DNA of 64,000 nt from Promethearchaeota archaeon (GTDB lineage Archaea > Asgardarchaeota > Lokiarchaeia > Sigyniarchaeales > SOKP01): the NCBI GenBank assembly GCA_016839745.1, contig JAEOTS010000009.1, positions 1 to 64,000 on the forward strand, written 5' to 3'. Shown here piece by piece: positions 1 to 8,314 of this stretch. A model generated the notes under the pieces. It had not been told where the DNA came from. It ran no database searches and was given only the letters and a program-made list of their open reading frames with translations. Made by a program: the position numbers and the translations under genes. How positions within the stretch are numbered: the first letter of the stretch is position 1; the number at the start of each line of letters is the position of its first letter.

Positions 1-197
1 ACCTGGTTATAACAAGAGATTATACAAACAAAACTTCTATTATTTACGAAGAAAATTTCAATTTTACAATTCAGCCCTTTATAGGCTATGTGCTCATATT
101 TGCTTCCATTATGATAGTTGGATTAGTAGGAATCTCCATAGCAGTCATTGTAATTAGAAAGAAGAAGCACAAAAAGAACATTAGAGAATTGATGTAA
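1..197 (+). CDS. 3' end of a membrane-anchored surface protein (partial)
   Basis: Frame 3 is open from the window edge: ...QPFIGYVLIFASIMIVGLVGISIAVIVIRKKKHKKNIRELM*. This is a C-terminal TM helix plus basic tail; TAA at 195-197. Confidence 0.8.
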   Translation, partial: LVITRDYTNKTSIIYEENFNFTIQPFIGYVLIFASIMIVGLVGISIAVIVIRKKKHKKNIRELM

Positions 198-330
198 GCC
201 TAACAAATTCTTTACAACTCCTTTTAAGTTTAACGATTTGTTATAAAAAAGTTTAATTACTAGTCTTTACTATTTCTATTACTTACAACCATATAAATAA
301 AGCATTTTACCATAATATAGCCAGACTTAT

Positions 331-555
331 GAAATGGTTGTTAGTGGTGTTTTTAGCCACATAATCTTGTAGCGACTAGCTACAACGCCGGAAGTTAAAC
401 TGTTTTGCGTTGCAGATAGTACTGTAGTTGAAAATCTATGGGAACTTGCAAACTGTAGCCTCGGCTACGGTCATGGTAATACAGGATAGTACCCGGTACC
501 ATCCGAACCCGGAATCGTAAATGTGGTTAAAGAATATCACTGAAATCGTTATTTC
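331..555 (+). repeat. Long imperfect inverted repeat enclosing the permuted 5S gene (putative processing stem)
   Basis: AGTGGTGTTTTTAGCCACAT (343-362) pairs with ATGTGGTTAAAGAATATCACT (521-541) using several G-U pairs and one bulge. GAAAT (331-335) pairs with ATTTC (551-555). Confidence 0.75.
388..514 (+). rRNA. rrf: 5S rRNA gene, circularly permuted (3' half 388-460, then 5' half 463-514)
   Basis: 463-514 (GGCTACGGTCAT...ACCCGGTACCATCCGAACCCGGAA) carries the 5S loop C CCGAAC motif. 388-460 (CCGGAAGTTAA...TAGTA...GGGAA...CTGTAGCC) carries loop E AGUA/GAA. Joining 463-514 to 394-460 gives 119 nt that folds into helices I-V. Confidence 0.85.
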
Positions 556-617
556 CTTATAAATAATGTTTTTAAATAATACATTATAAGATCTAGTAAG
601 AGTTAATTAATTCTATT

Positions 618-1172
618 TTGAAGATCTATATGCCTGGAAAATTTGTAAAAACATTAAAGACAATTGGAAGAAAGTGGTTTATTTTTCTCGTTGCTGTAGT
701 CCTTATCGTTTTTATCTTTAATCAATTAGCGGCTATAATAATCACAATTATTACTGTAGTCTTATTTGCTCTTTCTTATGTGCCAACTTTGTTGTTTTAT
801 AAAAAGCTCGATAAATTTTTGAACGGGGTCGATTCAATCAATGACAAGACCTTAGCAAGAAAACTTAAACGCCCATTAGTTCAAATACAGGAATCAATGT
901 ATAAATTATCAAAAAAGCAGAGAGAGAAGAGTTCCCTAATAATTTTCACTAATGGACGCTATATTTTTTACAACGAGAAGATTATTACAAATTTTAAATC
1001 ATATTATAAGAAAGGGTTAGGAGAAAAAGAGGTTCTCGAAAAATTAAAGAAATTCGATATAAAAACAAGGACAGAAATTAAAACTATTGAAGAAACGCTA
1101 ATAAAGTACGATAGATTAGAAGAAAGAAAAGTCTCTGTTAAAGAGTATAGAGATAAAAAAAGATATTCCTAA
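618..1172 (+). CDS. Hypothetical membrane protein (2 N-terminal TM helices, basic cytoplasmic domain); start probably ATG 630
   Basis: 184-aa ORF with a hydrophobic hairpin at about aa 20-60. Confidence 0.7.
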   Translation: MKIYMPGKFVKTLKTIGRKWFIFLVAVVLIVFIFNQLAAIIITIITVVLFALSYVPTLLFYKKLDKFLNGVDSINDKTLARKLKRPLVQIQESMYKLSKKQREKSSLIIFTNGRYIFYNEKIITNFKSYYKKGLGEKEVLEKLKKFDIKTRTEIKTIEETLIKYDRLEERKVSVKEYRDKKRYS

Positions 1173-1191
1173 GTAAGTTCCTTGTTGAATA

Positions 1192-3300
1192 TTAACCTTC
1201 ATTATTATCTGCTATTTTAATGACTGTACCCTCGACCTCTATGGGTTTGCCTTTTTCATCCCTTATCAAGTGAGAATTTAGTTGAACGGTTATTATCTTT
1301 CCATTAGGTATATTAAGTTTTGTAACAAAATTTTTAATATATCCGTTTTCTAACAACCTACGATAATAACATCTATATTCATCAGGATCAGAAAGAAATT
1401 TTGACGACTGAAAGCCAACTAAAGAAAAATCTTCACCTAAACTTAAAATTTTGTTAAGTGCTGCATTGTGCATTAGTAATTTACCTTTAAATTCTCCTTT
1501 ATAGAACCCAACATCTAAATTATTTAATATTTTTCGGTAAATTTCCTCAGATTCTCGCAATTCTCTAGTTCTTTCTTCTACTTTTTGAATTAGTGTTTTG
1601 TTTAACATTTTCAAATTCTTTTCAGAGTTAATTAGCGTTTCTTCCATTGATTTTCTAGTCGTAATATCTCTTAATATCATAATAGCTAACTCTGTTTCTC
1701 CTTCTAAGTTTAATCCTGCTGTACTTGAAGTACACCAATATTTTAATCTTTCCCCATTTATAGTGGTAGATATCCTTTCATTCTCGTGAATTTTCCCGTC
1801 TGTAAAGGTTTTGATTGCCATACATTCCGTACACGGCATACCTCGATGACCGAATACTTTGTAACATTTTTTTCCAGTTAATTGTAATCCGAAAAGTTGT
1901 TTAGCGACATTGTTAGCCCAAACTACATTAAAATGATTATCTATGAGATAAATCGTTTCGGTTAAAGAAGAAATAATTCCAGCTAATAATTGATGACTAC
2001 TTTTTAGCGTTTCCTCTGCCCATTTACGCTCTAACGCATTACCGATAATTTCAGATGTGGTGCGAAGGATGTCTATATCAAATTCATCCCATTCACTTAT
2101 GTGAATAATGTTATCAAATCCAATGTATCCAAAAGATTCGTCCTTTATTTTTATAGGAAACCCAAGTAATGAATTAATATTTAGCCTTTCTAATTCTTTT
2201 TTAAGACTGGTTGCTTCTTCTGGTAGTTCAGATGAATCTCTAATGTGAATAAGCTCTTGATTTTTACCTAATTCAAATACCCAGGGAAATTTTTGCTGGT
2301 TTATACTTGTTAAATCAATCATTTGTGGTTTTATTCCATCAGCACACCACTCTTGTATATAAAACTCAAGGGAACCCTCTTCGTTAAAAAGGAGTATATA
2401 TGCGCGCGAAGCACCAATCAGAACACCCATCTCAAGGAGAGATAAACTTAATGCCTTATCAATATCTTCAGTACTAATAAGCCTAGAAGAAATGGTAGAG
2501 ATAAATTTTTCATTTTCGAGTTTACGCTTTATTCTTTGTTCGAAATTCTTACGCTCCGTGACGTCAATTATAAAAGATTGGACTATTTGTATATCATCAA
2601 GATTTACCAAAGACATATGATTAACAATCCAGGATTTATTCCCATCTTTTTTAAATATTTCAAATTCAGCATACTCAATTGGTTTTCCTTCATTTAATTG
2701 GGATAGTCTTGTTTTAAATATCGGAATTAGCGTAGGAGAATATATACCTAATTTTAAATAATTTTTTCCAATTAGTTCTTCTTTCAGATATCCAAATTGG
2801 TTTTCTGTAGCCAAGTTACAATCAATTAGTGCGCCATTTAAATCTGATAGTACAATTGGTATAGGAGAGCGTTCAAATAGTAGTTTATATTTTTCTTCAG
2901 AATTTTTGAGTTTTTCTTCTGCTAGCACCCAATCAGTTGTATCTTTAATGTGAACAATTATTAAATCGGGTGGTAAGTGGTGAATGTTAAGAGAATTGTA
3001 TATCTTTTGTCCGGTAGCTTCTACAATGTAATTAGATTTTTTAGAAATACTTTTTTTCTCTTGAAAAGAAATATTTATCGCTTCAACAATATCCGGTCTA
3101 TCTTTATGTATTTCAGATGCTTTCCCTTTTAAAAGGTCCTTAATTTTTCCACTTGATATTTCTTCGGCTGCACTATTATAATCAATTAATATAAAATCAT
3201 TATCTTGTTTCTGCCAGATGTAAGAGGGAATAGGGATACTATTAAAAAATTTGTTAATGTTTTCCTCTAAAAGAAATGGTTTACTCTCGAGTTCTTTCAT
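1192..3300 (-). CDS. Multi-PAS/GAF sensor protein without a visible kinase domain
   Basis: Repeated PAS/PAC ends (KDTTD, IDVTERK, RDITTRK), a GAF domain (SLLGFPIKIKDESFGYIGFD), a coiled coil (KVEERTRELRESE) and a terminal PAS. Confidence 0.85.
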   Translation of the reverse strand: MKELESKPFLLEENINKFFNSIPIPSYIWQKQDNDFILIDYNSAAEEISSGKIKDLLKGKASEIHKDRPDIVEAINISFQEKKSISKKSNYIVEATGQKIYNSLNIHHLPPDLIIVHIKDTTDWVLAEEKLKNSEEKYKLLFERSPIPIVLSDLNGALIDCNLATENQFGYLKEELIGKNYLKLGIYSPTLIPIFKTRLSQLNEGKPIEYAEFEIFKKDGNKSWIVNHMSLVNLDDIQIVQSFIIDVTERKNFEQRIKRKLENEKFISTISSRLISTEDIDKALSLSLLEMGVLIGASRAYILLFNEEGSLEFYIQEWCADGIKPQMIDLTSINQQKFPWVFELGKNQELIHIRDSSELPEEATSLKKELERLNINSLLGFPIKIKDESFGYIGFDNIIHISEWDEFDIDILRTTSEIIGNALERKWAEETLKSSHQLLAGIISSLTETIYLIDNHFNVVWANNVAKQLFGLQLTGKKCYKVFGHRGMPCTECMAIKTFTDGKIHENERISTTINGERLKYWCTSSTAGLNLEGETELAIMILRDITTRKSMEETLINSEKNLKMLNKTLIQKVEERTRELRESEEIYRKILNNLDVGFYKGEFKGKLLMHNAALNKILSLGEDFSLVGFQSSKFLSDPDEYRCYYRRLLENGYIKNFVTKLNIPNGKIITVQLNSHLIRDEKGKPIEVEGTVIKIADNNEG

Positions 3301-3473
3301 TGGATTCTCCTAAAGCGAATAAAAATTTTATTCCTTATTTATCCACAAACTTAATCTCAACAGATCAAATTTAACAGAAAGCTATCTTAACTAATAGTTC
3401 ATCAGATGGGTATATAATAGTATGTGAATTGTAAAAAAATCGTTTAAAAATGAAAAAAAAAGTAAATATCAGC

Positions 3474-3761
3474 TTAAATCTTCAAATCTCCAAAATTATA
3501 GTATTTTCTCACGGGTTTCTTGACATTCCAGACGCATTCCAATCCTTTAGGAAATTGTACTAAGTCTCCTTTTGTAAATTCGAGTTTCTCTCCAGTTGTA
3601 TTGTCGGTTACTTCTACATCTCCTTCTAAAATATAACATGTTTCAGTATCACTGTATGACCAATCAAAAATACTCTTTTCTTTTTCCCAAACTCCCCAGG
3701 ATTTTACTCCTAATTTTTCCAACTCTTCTTCGGTGGGTATTTTCTTTTTCATGCGTATCAC
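3474..3761 (-). CDS. Cupin-domain protein (DUF861/EutQ-like); start probably ATG 3752
   Basis: WGVWEKE..FDWSY..TETCYILEGDV...GDLVQFPKG..CVWNV..PVRKYY. Confidence 0.85.
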   Translation of the reverse strand: MIRMKKKIPTEEELEKLGVKSWGVWEKEKSIFDWSYSDTETCYILEGDVEVTDNTTGEKLEFTKGDLVQFPKGLECVWNVKKPVRKYYNFGDLKI

Positions 3762-4115
3762 ACATTATTGAACTCTGATAAACAAATTTGAAATTTTTAA
3801 TCAATTATAAGAAAGAATAGATTAAATAATAATGGTATAATCCCGTTTTGGATTTTTATGATACATTGACTTTTTCAAAGAATATGAAAAAAACATGTAA
3901 GATATTAAATTTAGTTAAGAAGATAATAAAAACTTAAAAAAGAAATAGAATTTAAATTTACTTAAATCAAAAAGATAAAAAATGAAAACTATTATTAACT
4001 AATAAAATAATATTTTAAACTTTGCATCGAAAAATTAAGTATCATTATCTTTAAAATTATTAATAAGAGCCATCAATCTATCGAAGAATATTAATCACGC
4101 GAGAAATCAGGAAAT

Positions 4116-4634
4116 ATGAAAAAGTTTATCTTAAAAATTCTTTTAGCAGGAGAAGGTGGCGTAGGTAAAACCACGCTTCTTCATCGGTATGTAGAAGGAA
4201 AGTTTAGCGCTGAAACGCGTATGACTATTGGCGTAGAATTTTTTCTGAAAGAGGTAGAAATCGACAGTCACTATTGCACTCTCCAATTGTGGGATTTTGG
4301 TGGCCAAGAAAGATTCAGATTCTTGTTAGAAAGTTATGTTTTAGGTGCAAAAGGAGCTTTATTACTTTTTGATTTAACTCGCCCTATTACATTAGAAAAA
4401 CTAGAAAATTGGGTCAATATTTGCCGAAGAGGAGACCCTGATTTACCAATTCTCTTTCTAGGCACGAAGCACGATTTAGCTAACGATATTATGGTTACTG
4501 ACGATTATGCATTAGAATTTAAAGAAGTATTTAATTTATTCGATTACTTAAAGGTCTCAAGTAAATCTGGAGAAAACGTTCAAAATGCATTTAACTTGTT
4601 GACTAAAAAAATTTTAGATCGTCAAACTCACTAA
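4116..4634 (+). CDS. Rab-like small GTPase (eukaryotic signature protein)
   Basis: G1 GEGGVGKT, switch I TIGVEF, G3 WDFGGQERFR, G4 TKHD, G5 SSK; no C-terminal prenylation Cys. Confidence 0.92.
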   Translation: MKKFILKILLAGEGGVGKTTLLHRYVEGKFSAETRMTIGVEFFLKEVEIDSHYCTLQLWDFGGQERFRFLLESYVLGAKGALLLFDLTRPITLEKLENWVNICRRGDPDLPILFLGTKHDLANDIMVTDDYALEFKEVFNLFDYLKVSSKSGENVQNAFNLLTKKILDRQTH

Positions 4635-4653
4635 ATTTTTACTTATTTCAGAA

Positions 4654-5085
4654 ATGTTAGAAAATTATATAGTAATTGACGCTAATTTTATTTTGCTTCC
4701 ATTTCAGTTTAAAATTGATTACCTAACTGAAATTGCAGCAAATTTGGAAGGTAAAACTATATTTGTCATATATAAACAAATACTCAACGAATTAGAAGCT
4801 AAGAAACTTCGAGAACCAAATGCTACTAAATTTCACATGGATTTAAAATCGGGACTCTTGTACCTAGAAAAGAATAACGACAAGTTTAACATTCTTTATG
4901 AACAAACCATAAAATTAAAAGAGGATACTACTGATAGTTTTCTCTTAAAAATTTGCCAAGGGCTAAAGGAAAAAAGTAGAAAGGTATATCTAGCATCAAA
5001 TGACGCAGATTTACGTAGAGAAGCAAGGAAAATAGGGATCAGCACGATTTTTTTGCGACAGAAAAAATATCTGTCTTTTGATTAA
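4654..5085 (+). CDS. PIN-domain nuclease, Fcf1/Utp23-like rRNA processing protein
   Basis: IVIDANFILLPFQFKID...ELE...TDS...LASNDADLRREAR..GI..IFLRQKKYL. Confidence 0.85.
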   Translation: MLENYIVIDANFILLPFQFKIDYLTEIAANLEGKTIFVIYKQILNELEAKKLREPNATKFHMDLKSGLLYLEKNNDKFNILYEQTIKLKEDTTDSFLLKICQGLKEKSRKVYLASNDADLRREARKIGISTIFLRQKKYLSFD

Positions 5086-5122
5086 ATTTAAACCTATGAG
5101 ATTTAGGAGAAATATTATAATT

Positions 5123-6310
5123 CTAAATACGCTTTATTAATATTTCTTTCAAGTCTTCGGGTTTAAGGTGAACTGGATTGTTTTTTAAGCCCGTTTTTTC
5201 TATAATACTATCAATATCTGCTGTGGTGATCCCATACTTACCTAGACGATCAATGTTTAATTGCTTAGTCCAATTATCAAGTCTTTCAATTAATATTGAA
5301 CAGTAATGCGCAACATTAATTTCTTCAAAACTTTCCTTTCCATTGATTAAAGCTCCAACTATAGCGTATTTCAGTAAGCCAATTTTACCCTCGGTACCTA
5401 AGTGCTCTAATCTTTTTATATTCATTTTAGTACTCTCAGCAAGTAGCGTCCCACACACTACACCGTGAGGAATGTTAAACAATCCTCCGATAGAAGATGC
5501 GAAACCATGAACAATTCCTAAGCCAGCGTTTGCAAGGACAATTCCAGACATTAATGAGCCATAAGCCATGGCAGCCCTTGCAGTTATGTCTAAGGCTTTA
5601 TCGTTGCAAGTGGAAATTATCGCATTTTTCATTTGTTTTATGCCATTCTTTGCTAATGCATCAGTAATAGGATTAGATTTAGGTGAAACAAATGCTTCGA
5701 GTAATTGCGTGAAGGCGTCCATTCCACAGGGTGCAGTGACTGATTTGGGGCAGGATAATACAAGTTGGGGATCGATAACGGCATAATTGGGAATTAAATT
5801 GTCATGACGAAGAGATTTCTTAAATCCTCCAATTCCTAACTCAGTTATAACAGCATTCTTAGTTGCTTCGCTTCCAGTTCCCGATGTTGTGGGAACGGCA
5901 ATATAAGGGATTTTTCTGCCATCATGAGCTTTATTTCCAACGCCTTCAAGGTAATTTTTGATTGAATCATTTTTAGGAAGCATTGCAGAAATCGCTTTAC
6001 CTGCGTCAATAACACTACCCCCGCCAATTCCAACAACAACATCTACTTTTTGATTCCTAAACTTTTGCGCCGCTGCATCAACTAATGCAGGTGTAGGTTC
6101 TTTACTAACTGAAATTTCTGAGAAACTAATTGCCTTCTTTTGCATTGTATTTGCAATTTCATCCCATTTTCCCGATTTTTTAAGAGATGATCCTCCGATA
6201 ACATAAAGCGCATTATTTCCAAATTTTGGTATTAATCCGTATATTTCATTTAGTCTTCCAGCTCCAAAAATGATATGCGGTATGCTAGCGAAATTAAAAT
6301 CAAATAACAT
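5123..6310 (-). CDS. Iron-containing alcohol dehydrogenase
   Basis: GIGGGSVIDAGK, PTTSGTGSEAT, MDAFTQ, GIVHG, PHGVVC. Confidence 0.93.
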   Translation of the reverse strand: MLFDFNFASIPHIIFGAGRLNEIYGLIPKFGNNALYVIGGSSLKKSGKWDEIANTMQKKAISFSEISVSKEPTPALVDAAAQKFRNQKVDVVVGIGGGSVIDAGKAISAMLPKNDSIKNYLEGVGNKAHDGRKIPYIAVPTTSGTGSEATKNAVITELGIGGFKKSLRHDNLIPNYAVIDPQLVLSCPKSVTAPCGMDAFTQLLEAFVSPKSNPITDALAKNGIKQMKNAIISTCNDKALDITARAAMAYGSLMSGIVLANAGLGIVHGFASSIGGLFNIPHGVVCGTLLAESTKMNIKRLEHLGTEGKIGLLKYAIVGALINGKESFEEINVAHYCSILIERLDNWTKQLNIDRLGKYGITTADIDSIIEKTGLKNNPVHLKPEDLKEILIKRI

Positions 6311-6410
6311 ATTATCTACCTCTTTAGAATTAATTATAATAAGATTTTTAACTTAATGTAATTTAGATAATTTGTTTTGAATATATAAGTTATAGTATTG
6401 GTGATATCAA

Positions 6411-6746
6411 ATTAAACGCGTTAATGAAAAAGATTTTCAGTATAGAGGAGGAGATTCGGGAGTTAAATACTTAATGCGGGGACCGAGTATTGATTGGGGG
6501 GTTATACTACTCAATCCAGGAGAATCAATGGCCGAAAAAGCTCATGGGCACAACTTTATTGATGAAACCTTCTATTTTGTTGAAGGAAATGGCATTATGA
6601 TTATCAACGATAGAGAAATCGAGGCTTCAGAAGGAAGCATTTTCTTGGTTGAACCAAAAGAAATGCACAATATTCGAAATAAAAGTGACAAAGCTATTAA
6701 GATCATATTTATCAAAGGAGAATATAAGCCTGAAGATAAAATCTAG
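6411..6746 (+). CDS. Cupin-domain protein; probable ATT start at 6411 (ORF track starts at 6474)
   Basis: Cupin motifs HGHN..DETFYF..G and EMHNIRN. The frame is open back to ATT 6411, with GGTGA at 6400-6404. Confidence 0.75.
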   Translation: MKRVNEKDFQYRGGDSGVKYLMRGPSIDWGVILLNPGESMAEKAHGHNFIDETFYFVEGNGIMIINDREIEASEGSIFLVEPKEMHNIRNKSDKAIKIIFIKGEYKPEDKI

Positions 6747-6782
6747 TATCTAAAAAACAATAATTAAAAAAAGGGAAAAATT

Positions 6783-7169
6783 GTGGCTAAAAAGCAAGGA
6801 AAACAAGTAAAGAGAGGAAAAAGTAGAGGCCCTTACGTTCCACCGGTTATTACGCGCGTGAAATTTCCTACTAAAAGGATTGGGGAAATGTTTGGTAGAG
6901 TTACAGATATATATGGTAACGAGCGAATGGGTGTATTTTGTGAAGATGGAAAACATAGAGTAGGTAGAATTCGCGGTAAAATTAAAAAACGGGTTTGGAT
7001 AAGGAAAGGTGATTTAGTAATAGTGTCTCCTTGGGACTGGGAAACGGAAACAGCTGATAAACCTGGAAAATGCGAGATTACTTGGCGATATACTAATGCA
7101 GAAATTTCTTGGCTTGAAAGAAATAGAAGAATTCCAGAAATATTAGATATAAATAATATTCCTCTCTAA
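6783..7169 (+). CDS. eif1a: Translation initiation factor aIF-1A
   Basis: GEMFGRV...G..RM.V.CEDGK.R.GRIRGKIKKRVWIR.GDLVIVSPWD...WRYT. Confidence 0.95.
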   Translation: MAKKQGKQVKRGKSRGPYVPPVITRVKFPTKRIGEMFGRVTDIYGNERMGVFCEDGKHRVGRIRGKIKKRVWIRKGDLVIVSPWDWETETADKPGKCEITWRYTNAEISWLERNRRIPEILDINNIPL

Positions 7170-7349
7170 TAACATAAGAAAAGTCGAATTTATGAGGTTA
7201 GGTAGGATTCTGATTCTACTATTAAATTTCTTTAAAAAGCAAAATTTTTTAATTTAGAATTTCCTTTATATTTTAGACTTCTGTTCTAAGAAATCATAAT
7301 TTAAGCATTTTTAATTTGGATAATTCAAATAAGGAAAAAGTGAAGAAGA

Positions 7350-8120
7350 ATGGTTGATCAAGAGGACCAAGTAGAAAATAAGGAAGAAGAAGAGAAGGAA
7401 TTAGATAATGGCATTGTCGTAACTGAGATCGACGGAGATGAGGGGAGTGAACCCGATACTACTCTATTTGCTGTAAGAACTACAATTAATCAAGAGAGTA
7501 ACATCTTAAGACAAATTTTTTATCGGTTTAAAATCTTGGATTCAGTTCCTGATATTAGAGCGATGCTCGTATCCCCATTATTGCCCGGTTATGTATTCTT
7601 TGAAGCTCCTCAAAAGAGATCTGTCCAGATAGCTGTGCAAGGAATACCTCACATAAAAGGAAGAATCGTTCAAAATATTGATTTAACTGAGTTGAAGCAT
7701 GTTTTACTTCCAAGAAGCGTTACAGAATATTTAGAATCAGGCGATACGGTTGAAATTATAAGTGGAGTATTTGAAGGGTCCAGAGCGATTGTTATGCGCA
7801 TGCCACACGATACATCAAGTAGCGAGGAGGTTGTAGTGCGTCTACTGCAAGAAGAAACACCTATAACAATTAAAATCCACGGAGATTATCTTAAACTAGT
7901 TGAAAAGAAGAAACTCGTAGAGGAACCGATCCCAGAAATAAAGCTTAGCGATGAAGAAGTAGCAACCGATTTAGATAAGGCAATAAGTTTTGACGAGGAT
8001 TATGACGAATACGAAGAAGAAGCAGCTGAAGGTGTTAAAACAGAAAAATCTGAGGTAGTATATGATGACGACGAGGAAGCTGAAGATGACGACGAGTGGG
8101 CTAAATTTGATGGCTTCTAA
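7350..8120 (+). CDS. spt5: Transcription elongation factor Spt5/NusG with acidic N- and C-terminal extensions
   Basis: NGN domain (FAVRTT.NQE...LPGYVFFEA) plus KOW (GDTVEIISGVFEG..A.V). Confidence 0.9.
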   Translation: MVDQEDQVENKEEEEKELDNGIVVTEIDGDEGSEPDTTLFAVRTTINQESNILRQIFYRFKILDSVPDIRAMLVSPLLPGYVFFEAPQKRSVQIAVQGIPHIKGRIVQNIDLTELKHVLLPRSVTEYLESGDTVEIISGVFEGSRAIVMRMPHDTSSSEEVVVRLLQEETPITIKIHGDYLKLVEKKKLVEEPIPEIKLSDEEVATDLDKAISFDEDYDEYEEEAAEGVKTEKSEVVYDDDEEAEDDDEWAKFDGF

Positions 8121-8314
8121 ATTCTTTTTTTTCTTAAAAAAATACGAAATTAGATAATTTTTCATCTTTCATCAGATATTGACAAAAAAGGCGTTAGTTA
8201 ATTGCTTTTACATAAGAATCCCGATTTATACAAGAGTTTTTAAATCTAAACTATTATTAAAAGATTATAAAATCTCTATCCTTGAGTTAAAAACCAATAT
8301 TTTTACGAAGTTCT

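Noticed and set aside
388-514. Two broken 5S pseudogene fragments or a collapsed tandem array
   Set aside because: The halves are exactly complementary (119 nt, only 6 nt overlap), all helices pair, and the unique flanks pair with each other. Read mapping is still needed for formal exclusion.
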